Position numbers and translations under genes: made by a program. Source: Macrostomum lignano (taxonomy: Eukaryota). From it: 54,798 nucleotides of DNA. Positions 44,201 through 54,798 of this stretch are shown here, in pieces; positions within the stretch are counted from its first letter, which is position 1, and every line of letters starts with the position of its first letter. The stretch is from assembly GCA_002269645.1 (NCBI GenBank), contig NIVC01004213.1, positions 1 to 54,798 on the forward strand, read 5' to 3'. Below the pieces are notes generated by a model, which saw only the letters and a program-made list of their open reading frames with translations, made no database searches and had not been told where the DNA came from.

Positions 44201-47200
44201 CGCATAAGTTAGAACTTTCAATCTATCATGCCTTTGAAATCTTCCCATTTATGCAACATCTCGATAAGAATATAAATTCTCTACACAAATTTTATATGAG
44301 CCACGCTGTTAAACATAAGGCATCTTTGGCACAAACTTCGGAAGCACTCAACTTGGTTTTCTATGAATTAAAAAGAATATATCGCATCAGGTGGGTTGCA
44401 TCGGAAGTGTCTGCTCTTGATGTAATTCGAAAGTCGTACTACTTGCTTCTGACAAATTTAGAAAATATCAAATCACCTTCTTCAGGCTTTGATGACGAAA
44501 GTAAAGCAACTGCCTCTGGATTATTGAAAACATTGCAAAATGTCCGGTATTATTCATTACATCTATTTCTCATGGACATTCTAAAATTACTGGAATTTGA
44601 GTCCTTGCAGTTTCAAAGAGCCAAGGGTACATTTATTGGCTTGCAAGAACGCCACACTAACCTTATCCATTCACTAGAAACCTTAAAAACAAACAATGGT
44701 CCTCGCATTGTGGACTTTTTGGCTTCCTGCAAGTGTTGTCGAGTTTTGGGAACTGCAGATGGATATCCGCAGCTGGAATACCATTCAGGATGTCACACAA
44801 GAGACCTATCTTATTCTAACTTTGCTTGTCCTTCTGGCCCTGGAAGCAGCGATCCAACAGAGAGGTTTGAGTTGAAGCAACCAGGTTCTGCTGCAGACAG
44901 ATCTCTAAGAAATAGATTATTTGATGCTAGTGGACGTGGCAGTGTTGTTGACATGGGAGCTTATCCAGCACTGGATGAGATTCGCAGTCGAATCATTGAT
45001 AGCATAATTGATCAGCTGCATAATTATTTTCCTGAGGATGACTACTCAATATTTAATGTGCTCAACCCAGTGTTATTGCCTAATGCTGAAACATTACATA
45101 CTGTCTTTACATACAGTTCGAGAATCATACCTCTTGCTAGACGGTTTGGAATGGAAGATGACAGCTCTGAATCTGAAACAGAGGACCATCTTTCTGATTC
45201 AGACTCTAGAGATGCAGATGCTTCAGAACGCGCTACAGAAAGGACAATCTCTGGTCAGTTCGGTCTACTCCTAAAAAGTTTGATCACTTCGCATAGTGTT
45301 GACTTCTGTGCCTACAAAGGCAAAGGTCCGGTGAAATTTTGGAGTCACTTTCTAGAGACAAGAACTGTTGAATGGCTGCCCAGAATAAAGAATCTAATTA
45401 TGGTTGTGTTAACTTTGCCAATATCATCAGCTGAGGCTGAAAGAGGGTTTTCTATCTATAAGCACATTGCCTATGACAGGAGAACACGCTTGGCACCAAA
45501 AACATTGGAGCATCTACTACGGATTCGAATAAATGGGCCTCCGCTGATGAAATTTAAGCCGGATATTTATGTCAATGATTGGCTGAAAAAACACTGGCGT
45601 TCTGATGCTCCTGGAAGTCAACAGCAAAAAGAATCCAACGTAGACAAGGAAAATAAAGATTCTGATTCTGATTTGCTAAGTGGACTATTTTGAAAGTTTT
45701 TTATCAGTTTTAATCTGCTACAATTTTAATCAATTATTACAATGGTACATGCATAATCATTAATACTACAGTTCTTCTAAGTTCATATATAAGACCGTTA
45801 GAATCTTGCAGTTTTAATTTGCTAATTAAATATTATTAAAAGTATGATTTGCAATTGTAATAGGGCTGAAAAATTACTGCTTATAAGTTATTCTATCCCT
45901 ATTTCTATTCCTTAGCCATTTCTGGCTTCGTAATTCTTAATTTTTCAAATTGATGCGTTAATGCACACGTAGCCTACACCCTAGTAAGTGATACATTAAA
46001 TTCATCCTAAACTAATCCTATCCTAATAATCCTAAAGATGCTCTGCAACTTAACTCAGTCCTGCTGCGACTTACTCGGTCCTGCTGCGACTTAGCTCGCC
46101 CTCAGTGCGACTTAGCTCTCGCTCGGTGCGACTTAGCTCGCCCTCGGTGCGACTTAGCTCAGTCCTGCTGCGACTTAGTGCGACTTAAGCTCTCGCTCGG
46201 TGCGACTTAATTCGCCCTCGGTGCGACTTAGCTCGGTCCTGCTGCGACTTAGCTCGCCCTCAGTGCGACTTAGCTCTCGCTCGGTGCGACTTAGCTCGGT
46301 CCTGCTGCGACTTAGTGCGACTTAGCTCTCGCTCGGTGCGACTTAGTTCGCCCTCGGTGCGACTTAGCTCGGTCCTACTGCGACTTAGCTCGCCCTCAGT
46401 GCGACTTAGCTCTCGCTCGGTGCGACTTAGCTCGGTCCTGCTGCGACTTAGTGCGACTTAGCTCTCGCTCGGTGCGACTTAGTTCGCCCTCGGTGCAACT
46501 TAGCTCGGTCCTGCTGCGACTTAGCTCGCCCTCGGTGCGACTTAGCTCGGTCCTGCTGCGACTTAGCTTGCCCTCGGTGCGACTTAGCTCGCCCTCGGTG
46601 CGACTTACCTTGTCTTCAGTGCTGCAACTTACAGCACTTACAACTCTTTTTGTGTTTTTCTCTTTCTCTTTGCTCCCTTTTTCTCGTTTTTTCCTTTTCC
46701 TTTCCCCCTTTTCGTCTTTTGTTTTTTCGTTTTTTTGGCGGTTAATCAATTTTGCGACTTACTTGGTTGGCCGCCAAATCGGTCGGCCGGATCGGCCGAC
46801 TCGGCCGACTGTTGCGCATGTATGAGGATCATATAAAAATATAATAAAAATGAACAAAATTTGGGGTTGTAGGATGAAAGAATGTCATAGTTTCAATTAG
46901 ATAGCCAATCTAATTGGCAATTGCACAAGTTTATGGGTTGAATGGCTTTTGTTGCAGATGATCTAAGCAGGAACTGCAATGGACTTTTATAGCACATTTA
47001 GTTTATAAATGAATTGGGCATAATATAGTTCAAGACTCAAGATTTAGGCACATTTTGAAGATAATTTTAAAGCCCTAAAAGGGAATTATAGATATGGCTA
47101 TTTCCACAAGTGTGATGGTCGAAGGTGTAGCCTACTTTAATTTTACAAAAAATATATGAAAAAAAGGTTTTGCAACCTTTTTTCATAAAAAAATAATAAC

Positions 47201-50200
47201 CTTAAACTAGATCTTTTGAACTTTTTGACTTGTGACACAGAACTTCAGAAGTTTTTGATTCTTAATTAATTTAGCTTATTGTGCATATGACAGTTGAAGT
47301 TGAAGAACTCAAGTGTAAAGGGGAGTGAATTGTTTTTTGTGTTTTCTTTGGTCTTTGTGATCCTAGAGCGATAAAAATCAACACACAAACTGGAAATTAG
47401 CCATACTATACTTAGTAATACAAAATATTAAATGCATACAAACAAGCATAAAAAAGTTTTGACACTTTTCTCTTATGATGGTCAAAGGTACTAACTGTGA
47501 ACTGTAATCTATGAAATGCATATTGATCTTACCTGCAGTAGTCGGTGAATAAAAACTGTACCTGTAACCTTAGAATAGTCTCATATGTTGCTGATGATAG
47601 CCATCATTTTTTGGGGATGGTGTGTTCAAAGAATAAACAACAACAGTGAAAATTGTTACTTGGTTTTGACACCAGTAAGCAGACTAGATGGCATCCTGAT
47701 ATGCACATGAATAATTCTCTCTGTAGTTGAAATGTATGATTAGCTCATTTTCTTTTAGATTTTCCTGCAGGTTATGGAATGCCAAGGCCTGTTGTTGCCT
47801 GGTCAGTTTATGCACAATAAACTTGGGAAGACTGTCAAGAAGCCACTGTCACCCTTGCTAGACTGACATTGCAGCTGTGCACTGTTTGACTCGCTGACTA
47901 TAGTCATTATGCTCCCAGATGCGAAAGCTTATGGCAGCCTCATTGTCATCAGCTGCTGGGATGCAATGTTGCTCCAAGTTATTGCATAGCGCACATTTGC
48001 CAATCTCACACTGTGGTGTTAGGGGCTTGCAAAGCACCACTTCATTCAACCAATCTGATGAATATGGTAGCCCAGGCAGCTTGCCACTCAAAGCATTGCA
48101 GATACTAAAACATTAGTGAACAAAAAACAATCAAGTCAGTGTTGAGCTAATTTATATTCCCTACTAAAATGTAAATACTAACACTAGCTAAAATTATTAC
48201 CTTCGAAAGTTCTCATGCTCAGTGCAGCAGCAGGCAATCAGCGGAGTATTTCCAAATGGCACAACATGCACTGGTCGGAGCTCACAAAATGCAGCCCAAG
48301 ACAACTTGAAGCAGTCGAACTCTCGCAGAAAAAGTGCATGAGCTTCCTTTAAGCTCATAAGTAGATACCACTTCTGCACTTTCTCGCCTTGAACCTTGAT
48401 GAATTCGCAGCAACCAGGTGACCACTGAGAAATATCTTCTCGCAGGAAAAAAGCCAATACAGCATTGACAGTTTCTTGTGATAAACAAGGCCTCAAGATC
48501 ACAGGCTTTGCTATAACAACACCATGCTCAGCAAAGAGCTTTGCCAAGACAGCCTGTCTACGATTTGGTGTTTCAGGCAGTGCAGCACAAACTCTGTTGG
48601 TATTGGTAGTTGTCACAAAGTTATTTAAGAAAGTTATGTAGCACATATTACAGTATGTTTTACTGAGAATGCCAAAACTTGAAACTGTACCTGTTAACAG
48701 CGCAAGATTCGGCCTGTCTATTGGCATAAGCAGATGATGTACTCTGGATCGTATTGGCAGCTTTTTCAAGGGCAATGGCAGAGTTATTTTGATATCGCAC
48801 TAGGGCCTGTGCCTTGGCCTTGGCCTTTTGCTCATCAGAGCTAAGTAGATGACAAAGTTTGTGCTCTTTTTCCTTAGTTTTTAACTTATCAGCATTTCTA
48901 GCCCGATACTCCCTACTACATTGGGCACTAGACTTAGGTTAGGCACTAAAATTTGTCTGGGCACTATCGGAATTCATTATCTATTGGAATATATGCAATA
49001 TGCGCCAGCTATCCAGAAAGTAGTGAGAATGTATTTAAAAAACCAGTCAGAACTATCAAAAAACACAATAACTATACTAGTTGGTAATGTAATCTCCCCT
49101 TGCATTGATTATAGCTTGGCAATGGTCAACAAGTTGCTGAATGGTCATACAAATTGAAGTCTAGGCTATAAGGACTCTGAAACACCAGCTGAACTCCATG
49201 GGACTCCATGTACTGCTGCACAGAATGAGCCACATGAGGTCATGCATTGTCCCACTGCCAAAGAAAATCCAACAGATAAATTGGCCTTGACCTGAGAGTA
49301 TGCCATAGGTCTCCGGTGTGCTGAATGAACTCAACTATGCCATTTGCATCAACAGTTTGCTTTGGGGCTGTGGATTCAATGGAGAAGCACTTGTTTGGAG
49401 TAAAAACAACCAGAAGCATTGTCTTTGCATTGCTAAGAAATTTTTATATAAATAAATTTTTAATAAATTTATTTTTAATAAATTTTTATATACTAATAAA
49501 TATTTTATTATGTAGGAAAGAGACAAAGTCAATTGTGTTTGTCACAGGCCACATGAGGCACTATATAGACTAGAGCTTTATTTAAATAATATGTGCAATG
49601 AATTTGATATTAGCCAACAGAAACTAAAAGTATATATATATTTGTGCATTCAAAAACATTAAAAATGAAGAAAATATTATAATAAAAAAATGAACCCATG
49701 TGTGACACACTCGTGGAATGAGCCATATATATATATATAACTACATGTTAAAGGAGTATCTATTAAAATTTTCAAAGCTTCAAGGCACTATATTATAATT
49801 TTTGCAGATATACAAGGTTGTATAAGTCTAGGATCTATCATGGTTGGTCCATTTAACTAACTATATCTTTGAACCTATAAATCCAAAAGAAATTTGAGTT
49901 TAAGTTTTTATAGCACTGCCAAATATGTAGGTCTGCAAGTTTTATTATCAATTAACTACAAATAAAAGTTATTCTACTTTCTAAACACCCCTTGTATTTT
50001 AATGTGCATTAAAGTTGTCATAGTCACTTTTAAGCAATGTATTTGGTTTTATTGGTACATATATATTATGTGATTAGCCCAGCAACTGTGAAGTTAAAAC
50101 AATTTATATTTTGTTAATGCAGGAACATCTGCATTTTCTCGTCGGCATCCATTTGCTTGTTGGCTGGCCAGCATGCTAATGTGCTTCTCTGGTTCTATTC

Positions 50201-53200
50201 TGGGCAATCTGCTGATTGGCGAACCACTAGTGACACCATTTAAGCACCATAGGGATATTCTGCTGGCTACTGCTATCTGGTATGCTCTGCTTTAATGCAA
50301 TTGACAATTACATTCGTTTATTTGTGCACTTTTCGAGCTAAAATATTTATGGCTTCAATATTATCCCGCGACTACTTTCATGGTCACTTTGATTGTGTCA
50401 CTACTGTTATAAGTAGGATGTATCATCACAAAGCCTAAGTTTATTGATAAAGGGCATACATGTGCACCCCCCCCCCGATTTACACTGGCCATGCGACACT
50501 TTTTGACCAAAATTGTGACTTACTTGTGAAAGAAAGCAGAAATTTAATTAACGCAGTTTTGGATAAACGGCAGAAGTAACTATGACTACATACATGCGCA
50601 ACCTAGGGATTCACCAGGCCGTTTCTATTGGCAACACACACATGTAAGTCGCTATTGGCTGAGAGCAGTCACGTGACTACTATTCTGTCCAATAGCGACT
50701 TACATGTGTGTTGCCAATAGAAATGGCCGGGTGAATCCCTAGGTTGCGCCCAAGCATGTATGACTATCTTATTAAGGATAATGCCTCGTCATCTAATTAG
50801 TGCGTGTATTTTTCGGATGGGCATTTTTGCAACTATCTTGGCCGGGTTGGTCGGTGTTGCGCATGTATGATTGGGGGCCATATGAGGGCCAATCCCCAAG
50901 ACACAGAGAGTGTACAAGCCTGACGATTAGACTACACTCAGGGCTGTTGTACACCCTGTGTGAGCGTGTGTATGAGTGCGTGCCTGCATACAATATTGCC
51001 GCACTTGTATGCTGCTCTGGGGTCAGTGGAATTGGCGGAATTGCCTCAACGTGCTGGCTGTGAGACATTGACTTTGCAAAATTACGTCAGCATTAATCAA
51101 AAATTGCATATAATATGATCCCTAATACACGTAGTTTCTAAATTTACATCAGTAAAAAATAATGATCCAAGGTTTCTTTACTATTTGTGGTCCTTTTACT
51201 TTCTTAAAAAGTCCTAGAAAATAAAATAAGTAGCTGAACTAATAGTTTTTTGTCATTTTAGTTTTTTCATTTAGTTTTTTTGCCATACAATACAGGTACG
51301 TGATCAACTATTTCCCGTTTGATTTGGCCTACAAAGTGGCCAAATTCGCTCCCGTGCACCTAGTCGTGTGCATTGTCAAAGAGGTGCACAGGACGCGTAA
51401 AATCTACGACGGTGTTGGTGTTGCTTATAAATTGTATCCGAATGCCTATCTGATTGTGATTGCTATCGGCGTTTTTAAAGGTGAGTTTTTTTGCTTTGCT
51501 TCCGACTGTTATTGCTAGATTGTAGTTGCGTTTTTTTTTTAACTGATCAATTGACCCAGGGGTCGGCAAAAGCTCCGTCCCTCGGTCCTTTGAAACTTCA
51601 CAGTATAGCAATCCGGCTCGCTGAAGGTTGGTGTCTCTTTCAGATCTTTTCTCCTCTCCTCTCTCCTCTCCTTTCCTCTCTCTCCTATCCTCTCGTCTCT
51701 CCTCTTCTCTCCTCCCCTCTCTCTCCTCTCTATCCTCTCCTCTCTTCTCTCCTCCCCTCTTTCCTCTCTTCTTATCTTCTCTCCTCTCTTCTGTCTTCTC
51801 TCTTCTCCTCTCCTCTCGTCTCTCCTCTCTATCATCTCCCCTCTCTCCTCTCTCTTCTTCTCCTCTCTCCTCTCCTCTCTCTTTTCCTTTCCTCTTTCCT
51901 CTCCTCTCTCCTCTCCTCCCCTCTCTCTTCTTCTCTCTCCTCCTCTCTCCTCTCTTTCCTCTCTCTCTCCTCCTCTCCTCCTCTCCCCTCTCCTCCTCTC
52001 CTCTCCTTTCTATCTTCTCCTTTCTTCTCTCCTCCCTCTCTTCTCTCCTTTCTACCCTCTCCTCTTCTCTCTTCTCCTTTCCTCTCTCTTCTCCTCTCCC
52101 TCTCGTCTCTCCTTTCCTTTCCTCTCCTCTCCTCCTCTCCCCTCTTTCCTCTCTTCTCTCCTCCCCTCTCTCCTCTCCTCTCTCTTCTCTCTCCTCTCCT
52201 CTCCTCCCTCTTTCTCTCTCTCTCTCTCCTGTCTCTACTTCTCTTCCTTCTTTTCTCTCCAGTCCTCTATTTTCTCTTCCATCTCCAAGCTCCACTTCTC
52301 TGACCCACATTCATGCGCTAGGTTCTCCCTTTGGCGCTGGAGATAGGAGTTTGTCAACCCCTGAATTAACCAGTGAATATTTTGTTTGTAATTGGACAAT
52401 CACACAGACGCAAAGAACGTACATGTCTGTCGATTAAATAGCCTGGACCGCTGTACACATTATGTGAGCGTGTGTATGAGTGCCTGTCTGCGTACAGTAT
52501 GTGCTGTGCTGTACCAAATATTAGATTTTCAAATGCAGGCACAAATGAGCCTACTATAAAATATTTTTTACAAAAAATAATTAAAAATCAAGGTTCCGGC
52601 TACCTGGAGATGAGGCTATTCGAACGTCTAATTAGAGGAATATGGATTCCGGCTAGCAACGAGTTTTTGCAGCCATCTTTGTAAGATAATCTGTATTTTA
52701 TTTTTTCTATATTTTGTAGTTAATCTTTAAAAAACAACATAAAAAGTCATTTTTCTTTTATTTTTTCAGCGCTACCAAGGCTAGCGTTTTCATTTCGTTG
52801 GCTTTTCTATTAGAGAAGATTGGAAACGTTCCGTCTACGCACGAGAACATCTTCCTTGGCGCAATTATGTTTTTAGTGTATTTCAAGTGAGAGAACTGCA
52901 GCAGTTTCTTTATCGCAATCATCTCCTGTTTGTAACCTGTTTCACATTTATCTGGAATCCCGAACCCTGAAGTCAAAAAACCCCAACCTGGACGAGCTTA
53001 CATAACTGAGTCAGGAGGTCAAGCACCATTGACATCTTATATCTTATTGCTTCTTATAGCTCTAGAGTTAGTTCCGTGTTAATTTTTTTTCTACGTACAA
53101 ATTGTACATGTCCTGTGCCTAAAACCATTAAAATGGGATGGCTTGGCTCATTGATTTTATAAATCTATGATTTTACCATTCTTAGCTGACTGTGTAACAA

Positions 53201-53703
53201 TGTCTAACAGAGATGATAAAATAGATTCATAAAATTATGAGTCGAGCTGTGCCAGGCATTCTTATGATTTTAAGGCACAAGACGTGTACGTAGAATATAA
53301 AATTAACATACAATCCTAATTTTCTGAATAAAAAGCTTTACAAATATCAAATAGAGCTGTAAGAACGGCAAGACATATCGGAAGATGAAATTAAGTCTGC
53401 CTCTCATCAAAAACATGAACAATTTTTGTACTGAAAGAATAAAAATCTTCTATCTTTGTAATACTTGATTAACATCCAAATAACGCACTCGATTCGTTCT
53501 CCAGATTATCGTCAATGATAATCGGCATACACGATCCGTTCCTACCGTTTGAGAACATTTTCTGCTCGCTGTTTCTCGGCGGCTTGGCCGATGCCCTGAA
53601 ACGGGCTACGACTAGCGGTAAACCGATCCAAGCCAGCGCCGCACCCAACAACAATGGGTCGTCGTCAACTGCCGGCAAGACCAAAGAAAAGAAGAACGAA
53701 TGA
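41247..53703 (+). CDS. TMEM38: Trimeric intracellular cation channel (TRIC), 6 exons: 41247-41382, 50123-50279, 51296-51480, 52593-52680, 52770-52886, 53505-53703; 293 aa
   Basis: MYPFFDAAHY, SRRHPFACWLASML, GEPL, KEVHRTRKI, KG|SG, RLIRGIW, TK, DPFLPFE; all junctions GT-AG and phase-compatible; total 882 nt. Confidence 0.93.
42189..45693 (+). CDS. hAT transposase (ZNF862/KIAA1586-like group); main exon 43308-45693, probable intron 43177-43307, frame break at A8 43000-43007
   Basis: SIVLDT, TTDGASVM, HCAPHKLEL, RW and PISSAEAERGFS; GTAAGT donor and TTGCAG acceptor are both phase 2. Confidence 0.85.
46035..46620. repeat. Subterminal ~21-bp repeat array built on GCGACTTAG
   Basis: Roughly 30 copies of GCGACTTA(G) with three alternating spacers. 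Confidence 0.92.
47560..48780 (-). pseudogene. Degenerate intron-containing DDE transposase (Sola2-like, tentative)
   Basis: FCELRP...CCCTEHENF|RSICNAL...C..C..C and IHFNYRENY...QDAI*SAYW..NQVTIF; stops and frameshifts. Family assigned from recalled motifs. Confidence 0.55.
50455..50869. mobile_element. MITE of the same hAT family, in TMEM38 intron 2
   Basis: CATACATG...GTTGCGCATGTATG ends; colinear with 41875-42153; TSD degraded (5/8). Confidence 0.8.
50589..50762. mobile_element. Palindromic MITE nested in the previous MITE
   Basis: About 60-bp near-perfect inverted arms starting CATACATGCGCAACC; TATGACTA repeated at both junctions. Confidence 0.8.
50880..51070 (+). repeat. Short interspersed repeat (also at 31390-31530 and 52445-52510, and inverted inside 1320-1500 and 25770-25930)
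   Basis: Shared GGGCYGYTGTACACYCYTGTGTGAG and GAATTGCCTC segments. Confidence 0.6.
51557..52363. mobile_element. hAT-type MITE carrying a long pyrimidine tract, in TMEM38 intron 3
   Basis: TIR CAGGGGTCGGCAA / TTGTCAACCCCTG; TSD AATTGACC / AATTAACC. Confidence 0.8.
51646..52300. repeat. Polypyrimidine/polypurine (CTCTC-like) tract
   Basis: About 650 bp almost free of purines on the plus strand. Confidence 0.95.
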
Positions 53704-54798
53704 ATTGCGCAAGTTTCAAATTATTAGCGTTCAAATATTGACGCGTTCGTTTAGTCTAACCTGATAATAAACGCATAGTAGAAATTATGAGTTATGAATA
53801 ACAAAATTTATCCATGTTTGGAATGCAATAAATATAAATTATTTATGCGCAACTTATATATTCATATATTGCATATGCACCGCTTATAAACAATTATAGT
53901 AGTCTTATTGGTTTAATAGCCTAACAGCGTAATTGTGCCCTAGTCAATCGATTTAAAAAAGATAATAATAGAATCATTAAAAATGCTACTAATGCAGTAT
54001 GACATAGTTTGGATTCTTTTTTAATCGATTAACTAGACATTATGTTTACACTATAAACAGTTATATTACTACTCTATGCTCAGCTCATCATAATATAATA
54101 TTCAGAATTTGTGTTGTCAACTCTAATAATACGTACTTTTATTTATCCACTTATCTTATTATCTAGTCAATTGTTTATTTATCTGAGTATTCCTATCCAC
54201 TTATTAATTTCCTGTTTTTATTAATGAATTTAATTAATTCTTTTTGGCAATATGCTTCAGTATTCATTATATAAGAAGTGACATTTTATTTCATTTCTTT
54301 CTCTTAGCACAATTGAATCATTTAACGTTCAGAAGCAGCTTAACTTAGTGTTGAATATCTGTGCAACCCAACAACCGTCTGTCCAGTTTATCGTAAACAT
54401 TTTCTATCGATTTTTTCGCGTTATAACTGCACACGGTTGCGCTTGCTGAATATATAAAAAGAAAAAAAAATTAACGGTTTTTACCGTCCGTTTTTTGCAC
54501 CACAGTTGCTGTGTGTTGTTTTTTTACTTCACGAGTATATCGAACAAAATTAGCTCTTTAGCATTAGTTTTCAGTCGCAAATCATATATTAAGCTCGTGT
54601 TTCAAGCATCCTTTTCTGTTTATATGTTTTTCTGTGTTAATTTACTAATGGAGCTCCGGTTTTGTCTTGTATTGTTACAAGACTTCAGCCATACAGTCTC
54701 GCTTCCGTGGTACAGGGTTTCACTTTGCTCAACAGTCTCCGGTAGAGGCAGACCGCTCGTCTCAGCAGTACGTAGATCAGCACAGAGCTTATTGCTGC

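Larger units (their letters stand above)
41875..46824 (+). mobile_element. Full-length hAT transposon in TMEM38 intron 1
   Basis: TIR CATACATG(A/C)GCAAC; perfect 8-bp TSD AGGATCAT at 41867-41874 and 46825-46832; encodes a transposase. Confidence 0.93.

Noticed and set aside
51360-52437. Glu/Arg-rich and Leu/Ser-rich ORFs
   Set aside because: Artefacts of the polypurine/polypyrimidine tract in a TMEM38 intron.
54600-54798. Open frames at the window edge
   Set aside because: Too short, open in several frames, no motif; needs flanking sequence.

Overview
Eukaryotic, intron-rich animal DNA. Short introns, gene content and TE mix suggest an invertebrate such as a flatworm; this is inference only. 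Three host genes can be reconstructed by hand from splice sites. (1) Minus strand, 21138 to at least 8040: a signal-peptide protein built from seven 8-Cys WSC-like exons plus short linker exons. All internal exons are phase 1-1, most WSC exons end in GC donors, one is a recombinant chimera, and satellites fill the introns. (2) Minus strand, 33487-26651: a CEP295/Ana1-like centriole protein. (3) Plus strand, 41247-53703: TMEM38/TRIC channel, 293 aa. The rest is transposon-derived: an LTR-like element carrying a LOA-type LINE; several hAT elements with 8-bp TSDs, one probably autonomous; a hAT > RTE > Crypton-like triple nest; a second Crypton-like remnant; Tc1 and Sola2-like remnants; MITEs; and minisatellites. 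The best candidates for a novel system are the modular, self-shuffling WSC exon array and the Crypton-like element with an internal inverted copy of its own end-to-end junction. All coordinates were read by eye and no database searches were run. Several frame breaks sit in homopolymers and may be assembly errors.
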